Assembly: GCA_965215885.1 (NCBI GenBank)
Contig: CBDCEW010000098.1
Span: forward strand, 84,957 to 148,956
Origin: Candidatus Moanibacter sp.
GTDB lineage: Bacteria > Verrucomicrobiota > Verrucomicrobiia > Opitutales > UBA2987
Direction: 5' to 3'
Length of the DNA: 64,000 bases
Every line of letters begins with the position of its first letter. The stretch's first letter is position 1. Position numbers and translations under genes: made by a program. The notes under the pieces are model-generated. The model saw only the letters and a list, made by a program, of their open reading frames with translations, made no database searches and was not told the DNA's origin. Shown piece by piece: positions 19,166 to 29,778 of this stretch.

Positions 19166-21481
19166 GTGAGGGCTTTATCGCAACCCTTCTTGCGCAATCC
19201 GCGCTTCACTCTTCTGCTCCTGCTTTCCATGGCTGGCGCCGGTCTATCGATAACTGGAAAGCTGGTGGTCAATACACAGTTGGCGGATTTTATCGCGAGC
19301 GATAAGCCCCTTTTGTTCAGCTACGAACGCGCTCGTGAATTCGCAGGTGATCAAGTGATTGTTTTGGTTGATGTCCGGTGTGAGGAAGTTTTCACCAACC
19401 CTTGTTTACAAGTAATCCGACGCTTGAGCAACGTTTTCCTGAGTGAATCGCATGTCATTGACGTAAAGAGTTTCACCCACTCCGTAGTTCCCGTTCGCCG
19501 GGGATACACTTTCGAATTCGAACCCTTTGTCGCATCCTCCTACTTAAGTGAATTCGAACTTCGGCAACTCAAGGAATTTTCACTCAATCATCCTCTCGTC
19601 CGCAATGTAATGGTCGCCTCCAACTCGAGGCATGCCACTATCAGCATTACCTATCACCGGGAGGTATTTGAAGGCATGGGGTTGAGCGGATTTCACGATG
19701 AGATCGACTCTATTCTCGAAACCCATCGAAGCGGAGTGGCCGAATTAAAGGCGGCCTCCCTGCCTTTCGTTGAGGAAGAAATTCGCCACGGACTGGAGCG
19801 CGACATTATCACTATTGTTCCCGCTGCTTTCTTGACCGTTATTATTATTACGGCCGTATTCCTTCGTTCCTGGCGCCTGATTGCTTTCATCTGGCTTAAC
19901 ATGATGCTCTTCGCTCTTCTCTTCCCGGGCATTATTTTTCTCGCTCGAGATTCCCTGTCTCTACTCTCGATTCATCTAATTCCCCTGGTATTCGGTTTAC
20001 AGTTAACGCTGCTAACGCATGTGGGTAGTGCATTTCGGCACGCTCAGCGACAGACAAGCAATATAGACGAGACAATCCGGCATGTGCTGGATCGAATTTC
20101 CAAATCCTGCTTCTTCGCCACACTTACAACCGTCGCCGGTCTGCTCGCCTTGAGTCTGGGCGATAACGATCAAGTAAGCGACTTTGGAATTCTCGGAAGT
20201 ATTGGCGTCGCATCCGGCTTTCTCCTCCTCTTCGGACCCGGATTGGCCCTTCTGAAGGTGCTATATTCCGATTCAGTTTCCATGTATTACGAAACATCCG
20301 AATCTGAAAGACCGACCGGCGTCTCCCCGGCCGAAGGAGGCTACTGGTCCCAGCTCTCTTCAATTATCCTGAACCATCGATTGGTCATTATACTCCTCAC
20401 CGTCTGTATCCTGGCTTTTGGAATCCCTGGGCTTTTCTACCTCCGATCGGAATTCCGCGCCGTGCAAATGCTTCCGAGGGAAAGTTCTGTCAGGCCTATT
20501 TATGAGATGCTGCAGGATGCCTACGGCGGTTTCAATTTCATCAAAATCGAAATCGACAGCGGTAGGCCAGATGGTGTTCTCAACGTTCCGTTTTTGAACT
20601 TCGCCTCTCAAGTTCATCGGTTCGCTGAAAAGCAGCCCGAGGTCACCGGAGTCTATTCCTACCCGATGGTTCTCGCCCTCATGAACCAAATATGGGAAGG
20701 TGGTGGGGAGTCTGATTTCAGCCTCCCCGACAACCCTGTTGTGCTGAAGTTATTTCAGCTTGCCCTCGACGCCCAAAACCTTCCTCAAGTCTCATTGCTT
20801 CGAGGTAGTGAGAAAAAGTCTGCCTTTCTTTACCTGCGAACCCGTGAAATTCCCAACCACAGGCTCCTTGAAATCGTTCACACCATCGTCGAATTCGGAA
20901 ACAAAATCAGACCCGAGACATTCTCCATTACGGCGAAGGAAGGTATCCATACAATCCTGGAAGCGGAGCGTTCGATCACGCGTGTCCTTCGTCGCAGTGT
21001 CCTTCTGACCTTTCTCGCGATTGGCATTCTGCTGACATTCTTATGGCGCTCTCCCCTTCTTTCCATTCTCGTCCTTCTAATCATTGGCATTCCCACGCTC
21101 CTCTTCCTGGCGATAGCCGGCTTCGCTTCCATTCCCTTAAATGCCGTGACTTCCATGTTGGGCGCTGTTGTCCTCGGTATCGCTGTGGATGACGTGGTCC
21201 ACTTTGTAACCTACTGGAGACAGGCAGGTAATTCCCGGATTTCCACGCGGGAAGCGCTTTCGGAGACTTTCGCCACCAAGGGTCCACCCATATTGTGCAC
21301 AAGCATTATTCTGATCGGCATCTTCGCTTTGCTCGCCCTCTCGTCTTTTCCGCCAATTTGCCAGTTTGGAGCATTTGCCGCCCTCGCTTTGGCTTTGACG
21401 TTGCCGGCCGTATTCCTGACTCTGCCTTCGGTGCTTATTATTAAGCCGCGATTCTCGGACTCTCGAGACGAACGGAGGTGA
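19166..21481 (+). CDS. MMPL/RND-family exporter
   Basis: 771 aa, two halves of TM + loop + 5 TM; GIAVDDVVHF motif. Confidence 0.85.
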   Translation: MRALSQPFLRNPRFTLLLLLSMAGAGLSITGKLVVNTQLADFIASDKPLLFSYERAREFAGDQVIVLVDVRCEEVFTNPCLQVIRRLSNVFLSESHVIDVKSFTHSVVPVRRGYTFEFEPFVASSYLSEFELRQLKEFSLNHPLVRNVMVASNSRHATISITYHREVFEGMGLSGFHDEIDSILETHRSGVAELKAASLPFVEEEIRHGLERDIITIVPAAFLTVIIITAVFLRSWRLIAFIWLNMMLFALLFPGIIFLARDSLSLLSIHLIPLVFGLQLTLLTHVGSAFRHAQRQTSNIDETIRHVLDRISKSCFFATLTTVAGLLALSLGDNDQVSDFGILGSIGVASGFLLLFGPGLALLKVLYSDSVSMYYETSESERPTGVSPAEGGYWSQLSSIILNHRLVIILLTVCILAFGIPGLFYLRSEFRAVQMLPRESSVRPIYEMLQDAYGGFNFIKIEIDSGRPDGVLNVPFLNFASQVHRFAEKQPEVTGVYSYPMVLALMNQIWEGGGESDFSLPDNPVVLKLFQLALDAQNLPQVSLLRGSEKKSAFLYLRTREIPNHRLLEIVHTIVEFGNKIRPETFSITAKEGIHTILEAERSITRVLRRSVLLTFLAIGILLTFLWRSPLLSILVLLIIGIPTLLFLAIAGFASIPLNAVTSMLGAVVLGIAVDDVVHFVTYWRQAGNSRISTREALSETFATKGPPILCTSIILIGIFALLALSSFPPICQFGAFAALALALTLPAVFLTLPSVLIIKPRFSDSRDERR

Positions 21482-21508
21482 TTGGTGAGATTTCCACGGA
21501 TTTTAATG

Positions 21509-22026
21509 AAATCCCCGAAGCTTGCTTCGGCTTTAGTGGTATATGATGATAGGGGATGGGAAGTCGTTACATCCACAAAAGTCACAATGTATGCTGATGT
21601 AATCTGGTGTGCGCAGCGAATTCGTCGAGTTGTGATGAGTGAGCGTGTGGACGAGGTTCTGAGGGCAGCCTGCACGAGATTGAAAACTGGGAGATTGTCT
21701 TCTTGGAAATAGGATTTCGAGACCATGCACACTTTCTGATCCAGTCGGTGCCGGCTTTCCGACGAGGATCGTTACGACGGTGAAGAGTGTAACTGCGCGC
21801 GAAGTGTTTGCGAAAGCACCGGAGGTGAAGAAGCAACTGTGGGGCGGAGAGTTCTGGGGAAAAGGGTACTTCGTAAACACGGTGGGGCAACACAGCAGCG
21901 AGAGCGTGATCGCGGCCTATATCGCGAATCAAGGTGAGGAGGCAAATTACCAGCGATTGCATAAAGGGCAGTTGGAGTTGGGATTATTTTGAAAATGCCT
22001 CGGGGCTTGCCCCGAGGATCTTTACT
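21509..22026 (+). mobile_element. Decayed IS200-family element (boundaries approximate)
   Basis: Subterminal hairpins CCGAAGC-TT-GCTTCGG (21515-21530) and CCTCGGGGC-TT-GCCCCGAGG (21998-22017) around a tnpA remnant. Confidence 0.75.
21556..21992 (+). pseudogene. tnpA: IS200 Y1/HUH transposase with several frameshifts
   Basis: YIHKSHNV, DHAHFLIQSVP (HUH), LWGGEFW.KGYFVNTVG, YIANQ spread over different frames. Confidence 0.85.
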
Positions 22027-22129
22027 TGAAATTTTCTGCGTTTCCGATAAATAATCCTCAAGTATATTGTATCGAACATCGACTTTTAACACATACTCTA
22101 AACCAAGATAAATAGAGGATCGTAACAAG

Positions 22130-22651
22130 ATGAGGAAAAACGAAGTACTGTTACTTGAACATTCAACGGGAACTATCGAGTGCATAACCGCAGTGCTGGG
22201 GCCGCTCGGTCTGAAAGTCAATGGTAACACCGATGCCAATGAAGCGCTTCGAAAAGCGGCCCTGGGCAAGTACGATCTCGTTATCGCCGATCACAATCCC
22301 CCAAACTTGAACGCGTGTGATTTTGTTCAGAAATTTCGCGAAAAGAATCCCAAGACACCCTTGATCGTGATAGCCAATGATCTCAATCCGGAGTTTGTTT
22401 CCGACATCTCAGAGTATGGCGTTGCGTCTTTCTTCCCAAAACCATTACGGCTGGAAAAGTTTACCAAAAGGGTAAATCTCCTTCTTTCGAAGCATCAAGA
22501 GAATCTTCCCAGATTCGGTTGCCTGAGTAACACAGTGACCTATTTTCGAAAGGCGAAACTGCAGCTTAAGGCCACCTCTGCAGGTTTCAGTTGGACAGCC
22601 TGTCCCTGGCCCACCAAATCAGGCGTACCACAGGAAACGCCATCTGCCTGA
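22130..22651 (+). CDS. Receiver-domain (response regulator) protein
   Basis: YDLVIAD, FFPKP; degenerate acidic pocket (LLEH). Confidence 0.7.
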   Translation: MRKNEVLLLEHSTGTIECITAVLGPLGLKVNGNTDANEALRKAALGKYDLVIADHNPPNLNACDFVQKFREKNPKTPLIVIANDLNPEFVSDISEYGVASFFPKPLRLEKFTKRVNLLLSKHQENLPRFGCLSNTVTYFRKAKLQLKATSAGFSWTACPWPTKSGVPQETPSA

Positions 22652-23103
22652 TTACCGTCCTCGAAACGACTGAGAATTTCACCCGCAACCCCGAGCTCTG
22701 CCGTACGGCATTGAAGTTTCAAACCAGCCTAGTGGAGGGGGCCGGAAAAGGCTGAGAAAAGCGCAAGCCGATGGGCTATGGGGAAGCGCACCGTGGAGAA
22801 AAAATCGCAAAGAGTGAGCTTGTCCCGCCGATGCAGTAGCCATCCCACTGTTCCTGGCGGTGATCGATTGATGAAGGAGCAAAGCTCAACGCAAAGTCCA
22901 CGCAATCAGCGCAGCGATGATCACTGGCGAGCACAGTGGTATGGGGCGCAGCCCACCGTGGGGAAAATCTGAAGAGAAAGTCCTTACCCGTACCGTTCCC
23001 CGAAGAATTACAGCATCTATCAGTCCTTCTGTCCCATGGTCCTACGGTCCCCCTCTCCCAGCCCACTGAACTCTGAACCCTCACGTCCCGGCCAAAGACT
23101 GCC

Positions 23104-23931
23104 CTAGGGAAGCCAGGGAAATTTTCTGAATTCGGGCTTTCGCTTTTGCAGGTAGGCCTGGTGACCTTCACTTCCCTCTTCAGAGAGATAGTAGAGCAGT
23201 GTTGCATTGCCGGCTACTTCCTGTAAACCGGCCTGTCCGTCGCAGTCCGCGTTCATTGAAGCTTTTATGGCGCGAATCGCCAGCGGGCTCTTGCTGAGAA
23301 TTTCGTGGGCCCACTTTATGCCCTCCTCTTCCAACTGATTTACGGGAACTACTGCATTCACGAGGCCCATCTGTAGTGCCTCTTCCGCATTATACTGGCG
23401 ACAAAGGTACCAGATTTCGCGAGCCTTTTTCTGCCCCACTATTCGGGCCAAATAGCTCGAACCGTACCCACCGTCAAAACTTCCCACTCTGGGCCCGCTC
23501 TGACCGAAAACAGCGTTGTCTGCGGCGATCGTCAGATCGCAGATCACATGAAGGACATGTCCTCCTCCGATAGCGTAGCCGGCCACAAGTGCGATCACCA
23601 CTTTCGGTATCGATCGAATGAGCCGTTGTAGATCAAGTACGTTGAGACGAGGCAGGCCGCCTTTGTCAATATATCCGGCTTTTCCTCGAATATCCTGATC
23701 ACCACCTGAACAAAAAGCATATTTCCCATCTTTATACGGTCCGACTCCCGTCAGGAAAACGACGCCGATCTCGATGTCTTCCCTGGCGTCCGTAAATGCC
23801 TCGATCATCTCCGATACCGTCTCCGGCCGAAATGCGTTGCGCTTTTCCGGCCGATTTATCGTGACCTTGGCAATTCCATCGGCCTTTTCGTAGATTATGT
23901 CTTCAAAATCTTTCACCTTTTGCCAGTTCAT
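23104..23931 (-). CDS. menB: 1,4-dihydroxy-2-naphthoyl-CoA synthase
   Basis: [39 protein letters not shown]. Confidence 0.97.
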   Translation of the reverse strand: MNWQKVKDFEDIIYEKADGIAKVTINRPEKRNAFRPETVSEMIEAFTDAREDIEIGVVFLTGVGPYKDGKYAFCSGGDQDIRGKAGYIDKGGLPRLNVLDLQRLIRSIPKVVIALVAGYAIGGGHVLHVICDLTIAADNAVFGQSGPRVGSFDGGYGSSYLARIVGQKKAREIWYLCRQYNAEEALQMGLVNAVVPVNQLEEEGIKWAHEILSKSPLAIRAIKASMNADCDGQAGLQEVAGNATLLYYLSEEGSEGHQAYLQKRKPEFRKFPWLP

Positions 23932-23946
23932 CGATATTCTCCTGAT

Positions 23947-25707
23947 TTACAGTTTCGCTGATATTTCGTGGAAAATCCTCTCGCGCCACCTGTGATCCTT
24001 TTTTCTATCCGCCACGATCTCAAGGAGCCTGATTCCCTCCTTGGGTAGCTTTCGCAAGAGTGCCGGTAATTCCTCATCGAGATCTCCGATTCTCAGATAG
24101 TCGACCCCGTGAGCCTTTGCGAGTATTCTGAAACTGACTTCCTGCGGAGTAGCAAAATACTCTTCAAATGGTGGATCCAACTTTGCTATCGGCAGCGACT
24201 CAAATAGCCCTCCTCCTCCATTGTTTATGAGCACGATGGTGAGATGGCCTCTAAACTTGGGGAGTGTGAGTAATCCGTTGATATCGTGCAGGAAGGCCAG
24301 GTCTCCCGTTAAAAGAACTGCCCCCCCGCTCCCATGGGCAACGCCCAATGCTGTCGAAAGTGTTCCGTCGATTCCATTCCCTCCCCGATTAAAATAGGTC
24401 TCTACCGCACGGTTTCTCGATTGCCAGAAATACTCCATATCGCGAACCGGCATGCTGTTTGCCACAAAGAGGGAAGTACCGGCAGGAAGCATTCGTGAAA
24501 GGAGCCACGGTATTTTACCCTCGAAACGAAATTTGCAAGTCCCCATACGTCTGCTTATTGCACGCCGTGCCCGTCTTTCCACCGCCAACCAGTCGCTGCA
24601 GAAAATCGACGATCTCTTCAAGCGGCCTCCGAATTCCTTCGCTAACCTTTGCAACGGTATTCTAATCGTTTCTGCCCTTCTGTGTAAGCAGTCCACGTTG
24701 TCCGATCCAGTATCAAGCACCCATGTCTTGGCTTCTCGCTCATCCAGCCATCCCCGCAGAATCTTGCTCGTGGGCAGAGGACCGACGCTAAGTACAGCAG
24801 CGGGCGCGAGACGTCTGGCCGATTCCGTGTTCCTTAGTATTGTGTCGTAGTGGCAAATCAGTTGCGGGTTTAGAGAAGCCCTGCTTCGTAACGGGCCCAG
24901 AGCATCTGCCAATACCGGCCATCCAAGAGCCTGCGACGCCTGTGCCACCGCCTTGGCAAATTCGTTCCCACACTCCGGTTGCACCGGTCCCACTACAATG
25001 AGCCCTCGCTTCGTCTTCGCCATCTCCTTCAAGAGCGGTCCTACCTCCTTTCGCTCGGCCGTGGGAGTAATTGGAATTACGGGCTTCAAGTTTGATAGAT
25101 ATCGTTCTGAATCAAACTCGCTCTCTTCTTCAATTTCTCTTCTTCCGGCGCTTGGAGCGAGCGGATCGCGAAACGGAACATTAAAGTGAACTGGACCTTT
25201 TGTTGGATACACGGTTCGCTCCCATCCATGTAGCAGGGTCTGCCGGAGATAGTTCAGACGCCTCGGATCCCGGTCGGGCATCGCAAGTTCCGCCTGGAAA
25301 TTCGGGTAGGTCCCATATAGCTTTGACTGGTCTATCGTCTGTCCGGAGTGACAATGGCGCATCTCGGGAGGGCGGTCCGCCGTAAAGATAAGCATAGGCA
25401 CACCACCTTCTCGTGCCTCGATTACAGCAGGATAAAAGTTTGCTGCTGCCGTCCCCGAAGTGCAGACCAACGCCGTTGCACAATGAGTCCTTTTGGCCAC
25501 TCCCAAGGCAAAGAATGCCGCTGACCGCTCATCCAAAATCGGGATCGATTCAATTTCCTTATGGCGCGAGAATGCGTAGGTAAGCGGCGTGGAGCGCGAG
25601 CCCGGTGCAATCACCGCAAAACGTAATCCCAACCGAACGAGTACCTCGACCGTGAGGGCGCCCCAAAGCGAATTTGTGTTCGATAATGCCAGATCGTCAA
25701 GAGTCAT
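23947..25707 (-). CDS. menD: SEPHCHC synthase
   Basis: PGSRSTPL, DERSAAFFALG, CTSGTAAAN, NRGGNGIDG, GDLAFLHD. Confidence 0.95.
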   Translation of the reverse strand: MTLDDLALSNTNSLWGALTVEVLVRLGLRFAVIAPGSRSTPLTYAFSRHKEIESIPILDERSAAFFALGVAKRTHCATALVCTSGTAAANFYPAVIEAREGGVPMLIFTADRPPEMRHCHSGQTIDQSKLYGTYPNFQAELAMPDRDPRRLNYLRQTLLHGWERTVYPTKGPVHFNVPFRDPLAPSAGRREIEEESEFDSERYLSNLKPVIPITPTAERKEVGPLLKEMAKTKRGLIVVGPVQPECGNEFAKAVAQASQALGWPVLADALGPLRSRASLNPQLICHYDTILRNTESARRLAPAAVLSVGPLPTSKILRGWLDEREAKTWVLDTGSDNVDCLHRRAETIRIPLQRLAKEFGGRLKRSSIFCSDWLAVERRARRAISRRMGTCKFRFEGKIPWLLSRMLPAGTSLFVANSMPVRDMEYFWQSRNRAVETYFNRGGNGIDGTLSTALGVAHGSGGAVLLTGDLAFLHDINGLLTLPKFRGHLTIVLINNGGGGLFESLPIAKLDPPFEEYFATPQEVSFRILAKAHGVDYLRIGDLDEELPALLRKLPKEGIRLLEIVADRKKDHRWRERIFHEISAKL

Positions 25708-25765
25708 CGAATTCCAGAGTCTCTCAATACAGATTACTGAAATCGCACAGATGGCAACACCCGCT

Positions 25766-27190
25766 TTATCGCAGAGAGATCAGGAGCGCCTGCATTTTCA
25801 AATCAGCCTCCTTCTTCTCCTCTCGAGGATCGGATCCCTCGACTATCCCGTTGCCCGCATAAACCCGTGCCCGCTTCCCATCAATAAGTGCAGAGCGAAT
25901 CGCCACAATCATCTCTCCATGGCCGCGATAATCAAACCATCCCACGGTGCCGGCATAGAGTCCCCGTTCGAAATTTTCTATCGCTCGAATATCAGGAATC
26001 GCAGCCTCCCGGGGTGCACCACCCACAGCCGGCGTCGGGTGGAGAATAGCTGCGATATTGAGAAAATGCATCTCGGGCGGAAGAGTTGCAGTAATGGGAG
26101 AACGCAAGTGCTGAACGTTCGAGAGCTGAAAAAGCTGCGGGCGCTCTGACACTTCGGGCGAAATGCAACTCGCCTTCAAACGTCGGACGATGGAATCTAC
26201 CACGACCCTGTGTTCTCGATCGTTCTTTTCACTCTCCAGGAGCCAGCGAGCCATGCGGGCATCCTCTCCAGCAGTCTCGCCCCGTGGCGCCGAACCGGCC
26301 AACGCATCGGTTTTCAGGAATCCTCCATCGCTGCGCAGGAGGCGTTCGGGTGACGCCCCGATAAAGCTCTGTCCCTCGCCGTTAGCTATAGAAAAACAAT
26401 GGCAACCTGGAAATGCCTTTCGCAGTCCGTTGAGAGACTCCAGAGGCTTAAAGAGTTCCTTCATCTCAAGCTCCACCGATCGGGCAAGCACAATTTTGTC
26501 ATACTTGCCCTCTGATATCCTGGAAAGGGCGGTCTCGACGGCGCTTTCAAAGCATCCCTCTCCTCCCACCTCTTCAAACCTAAAGCGGATTGCCGGACTT
26601 GCAGGTGGAATCGCTTCAATTGTCTCATATTGGAATGAGGAGAATTTCTCATGGGCTACCCACACCCTCTCGGCGAGTGCACCGAGATCGGAATCAGGTT
26701 GCACCAGAATATTGGCAACTGCACCGTAAGCGCCTTCCTTCCGGGTAACTTGCCAGCGTGGCAGGAAAACTGTGGCCGGTTCGAAAAAGCTTATATTCTC
26801 TTTATCCTCGAAAAACGTGAAGCCGCAGAAGAAGTGAGGACCGCTGAAAGCGTTCTCCAACTCTCCGATGGCAATGGTGTGGTCTAAGACATCTCCGGCG
26901 AAACGCCGAACTTTTCCAAATCGATCACTACCGGAATAGGTGCCGCATAGAATCGCTTCCGCTCCTGCGATAGCTTCTTCGCCAACAGGATGTTCCATGT
27001 AAAAGTGCCATTCATCCGTCTCGTATATCGACTGCAGAACCGCCAGTGGGTCGATGTGCTTTACTCCCAGAGAAATACTCGCAACTTTGTAATGGTCGCT
27101 CTCTCTCGCTGATTTTCGACAATACTCCAGATACTCCAATAGTGCCTCGAAGTCACGTTCAGAAAGGCGGTCTGCCGAGATGATCTTCAC
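25766..27190 (-). CDS. menF: Isochorismate synthase
   Basis: KIVLAR, GASPERL, ALAGS, LHPTPAVGG, RGLYAG; upstream of menD. Confidence 0.88.
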   Translation of the reverse strand: MKIISADRLSERDFEALLEYLEYCRKSARESDHYKVASISLGVKHIDPLAVLQSIYETDEWHFYMEHPVGEEAIAGAEAILCGTYSGSDRFGKVRRFAGDVLDHTIAIGELENAFSGPHFFCGFTFFEDKENISFFEPATVFLPRWQVTRKEGAYGAVANILVQPDSDLGALAERVWVAHEKFSSFQYETIEAIPPASPAIRFRFEEVGGEGCFESAVETALSRISEGKYDKIVLARSVELEMKELFKPLESLNGLRKAFPGCHCFSIANGEGQSFIGASPERLLRSDGGFLKTDALAGSAPRGETAGEDARMARWLLESEKNDREHRVVVDSIVRRLKASCISPEVSERPQLFQLSNVQHLRSPITATLPPEMHFLNIAAILHPTPAVGGAPREAAIPDIRAIENFERGLYAGTVGWFDYRGHGEMIVAIRSALIDGKRARVYAGNGIVEGSDPREEKKEADLKMQALLISLR

Positions 27191-27247
27191 TCGCCTACGA
27201 TCTGCATTATAACCGTGAAAAATCGAAGCAGTCAACCGGGTATGCTG

Positions 27248-27377
27248 CTAACTTAAGGGATCGTTACGGTGATCACCGATGTTGCCGATTCGGCCGCAAG
27301 CGGCCTTCCTACAAAGAGTTACGTTCGTCGTAGGAAGCTCGCTTGCGAGCGATTCTTGCCTTAAGTTTGTGCCATTC
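27248..27377. repeat. REP-containing miniature element, copy 2
   Basis: Direct near-identical copy of 11415-11544. Confidence 0.75.
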
Positions 27378-27400
27378 CAGTCAACAGACGTTGTCGGCCT

Positions 27401-28930
27401 TTATTCGTGCCGGGGGAATAGTATCGTTTTTTCACCGAGTTCGTTTCCTTCGAGAGTATTGGACCAATCCAATCCCGCGCGCCAGGTAGTAATGATTCCA
27501 CACCCGAGAAGCTTGCATATCTTATCAGCAATCCGCGGCATGACAGGCGCGAGGAGAGCGGCGGAAAGTCGCAGCCCCTCGGACATAGTTGCGATCGACG
27601 TATTAAGAACCACCCGGTCTTCAGATCGATCGGATTTGGCCAATTTCCATGGCGATCGAATTTCAGCATACCGATTGATTGCCCGGATGAATTCGAATGT
27701 CTTCTCCAGCGCAGTGTGAAACTGAAATCCTTCAAAATGATCCAAAACGCTCTTATGTGTCGCGGACCAGAGTTCAATCAGCTCAATCTCTGGTTTCTCT
27801 TTCAATTCCGCGGCTGGTACCCGCCCGCTGCAATACCGGTGTGCCATATTCAGTAATCGGCTCACAAGGTTACCGAGATCGTTAGCCAGATCACTCGTGT
27901 AACGGGTAAGATAGAGAGTGAGTGAAAATTCACTGTCCTGGCCTACATTCATTTCCCGGGTGACAAAATACCGGAATACATCAGGACCGAATTGATCGAT
28001 GAGATCGAGGGGATTTACAATTTCTCCGGTGCTCTTCGACATCTTTCGACCCGATGTGGTCCAAAAACCGTGGACGATAAAGGCTTGCGGCGGTTCGATA
28101 CCCGCCGCCCTCAACATGATCGGCCAATAGACGCTATGCGGTGGGACAAGGATATCTTTTCCGATAACGTGATAGTTTATCGGCCAGTATTTCGTGAACG
28201 ACTCTGATTCCGGATCGATGGCGGAAATATAGTTTGTCAATGCGTCAAACCAGACGTAGGCCACATAGTCTTCATCAAACGGTAGCGGAACTCCCCACTC
28301 CAATCTTTTCCTGGGCCTCGATATGCAAAGATCGTTTATCGGTTCCTTGAGAAATTCAAGGACCTGCTTTGCTCGAAATCTGGGAAAGATAAATTCGTCA
28401 TGCGTTTGGATGTGCTCAACCAGCCAATCCTGGTAATTGCTTAAGCGAAAAAAGTAATTCGTTTCAGTGATTTCTACTACTTCCCCGTATACCTCCGGCC
28501 ACCTGCCGGCGACTCTCTCCTTCTCTAAGACAAACTGTTCAGCCCTCACACTGTAAAACCCATTGTATTCCCCTTTATAAATGTCCCCTTTATCATGGAT
28601 TTTCTGTAGGAGATTTCTCACAACAGTCTTGTGTCGCTCTTCCGTCGTGCGGATGTAATCGTCGTTGGATATCAAAAGTTGCTTGAGTAGACTCTTAAAG
28701 AGCGGAGCGATGCCATCAACAAACTCCATCGCATCCACGCCCTCCTTTTGCGCACTCTGTTGCACTTTCTGGCCATGTTCGTCCAGCCCCGTTAGAAAGT
28801 GCACATCGTCTCCCTGAAGTCTTCTGAAGCGTGCCACTACGTCTGTGAGCACCTTTTCATAGGCATGCCCCAGGTGAGGGGGACCATTGGCATAGTCGAT
28901 TGCCGTAGAGATGTAGAATTTCTTCACCAT
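27401..28930 (-). CDS. metG: Methionyl-tRNA synthetase
   Basis: HLGH, DEHGQK, YVWFDAL, KMSKS. Confidence 0.96.
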   Translation of the reverse strand: MVKKFYISTAIDYANGPPHLGHAYEKVLTDVVARFRRLQGDDVHFLTGLDEHGQKVQQSAQKEGVDAMEFVDGIAPLFKSLLKQLLISNDDYIRTTEERHKTVVRNLLQKIHDKGDIYKGEYNGFYSVRAEQFVLEKERVAGRWPEVYGEVVEITETNYFFRLSNYQDWLVEHIQTHDEFIFPRFRAKQVLEFLKEPINDLCISRPRKRLEWGVPLPFDEDYVAYVWFDALTNYISAIDPESESFTKYWPINYHVIGKDILVPPHSVYWPIMLRAAGIEPPQAFIVHGFWTTSGRKMSKSTGEIVNPLDLIDQFGPDVFRYFVTREMNVGQDSEFSLTLYLTRYTSDLANDLGNLVSRLLNMAHRYCSGRVPAAELKEKPEIELIELWSATHKSVLDHFEGFQFHTALEKTFEFIRAINRYAEIRSPWKLAKSDRSEDRVVLNTSIATMSEGLRLSAALLAPVMPRIADKICKLLGCGIITTWRAGLDWSNTLEGNELGEKTILFPRHE

Positions 28931-29047
28931 CTATTCAACTCCGGTTTCACCAATGCGGTGAATTTCTCCTATTGCTGGTCCAGGCAAGCTGTGTTCGGTA
29001 TGAAAACAAGCCAATCTTCCGAAAGAAGAAAAAAGTCCTGCGTGCTG

Positions 29048-29671
29048 CTAAACTCCTGCCCCAAACGCATTCTGTACAAATCTCAGCCAGTGCGTCAGTT
29101 CACCAACGGCAATGGCACGGTGGCTCATGCGATTTTTCTTCTTCGGTCCAAGCACGGCGAATGTATCTTGGAAACCTTCAGGAATAAATAGAGGATCATA
29201 CCCAAAACCGGTGTCTCCCGACATTTCTTCTGCAATCAGACCTTCACAGGCTCCTCGAAATATGTGCTCACTTCCACTCGGCTCGATGAGAACCAGGTAG
29301 CAGACGAAACGCGCCGAGCGCTTATTTCCAACGACCCCTCCCAATTCTTTAAGCACTTTAAGATTATTTTCTTCAAAACTAGCATGCTCTCCCGCATAGC
29401 GTGCGGATCGGACTCCGGGATTGCCGCCTAATATGTCAATTTCCATACCGCTGTCGTCCGCTAATATCCACGATCTGACAGGAAGCAGGCTTCTCAATGC
29501 CATCGCTTTGAGGAGGGCATTGTCCATGAAAGTGTCCTCGGTCTCATCAACCTCCGGCATTCCTCCTTCGATATCTGGAGGGAGGACGGTGAGAGCAAGT
29601 CCCTTGTCCCTGAACATTTCTGATACTTCAGTTACTTTGTATTCGTTTCGCGTTGCCAGGAATATTCTCAT
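29048..29671 (-). CDS. rdgB: Non-canonical purine NTP pyrophosphatase
   Basis: LATRN..K, ADDSG, PGVRSARY, GFGYDP, SHR. Confidence 0.93.
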   Translation of the reverse strand: MRIFLATRNEYKVTEVSEMFRDKGLALTVLPPDIEGGMPEVDETEDTFMDNALLKAMALRSLLPVRSWILADDSGMEIDILGGNPGVRSARYAGEHASFEENNLKVLKELGGVVGNKRSARFVCYLVLIEPSGSEHIFRGACEGLIAEEMSGDTGFGYDPLFIPEGFQDTFAVLGPKKKNRMSHRAIAVGELTHWLRFVQNAFGAGV

Positions 29672-29778
29672 AGTAAGAGAGACGGATGACCCCATTCTTT
29701 GTTCGAAGACGACATATAGAATGATTGGGGTATAGGCCAGATATTTCTCTCAAGAAATAGCTTCTATCGCAACTGGTT

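Noticed and set aside
22652..23100. Degraded gene after the receiver-domain protein
   Set aside because: No frame gives a motif I recognise; left unannotated
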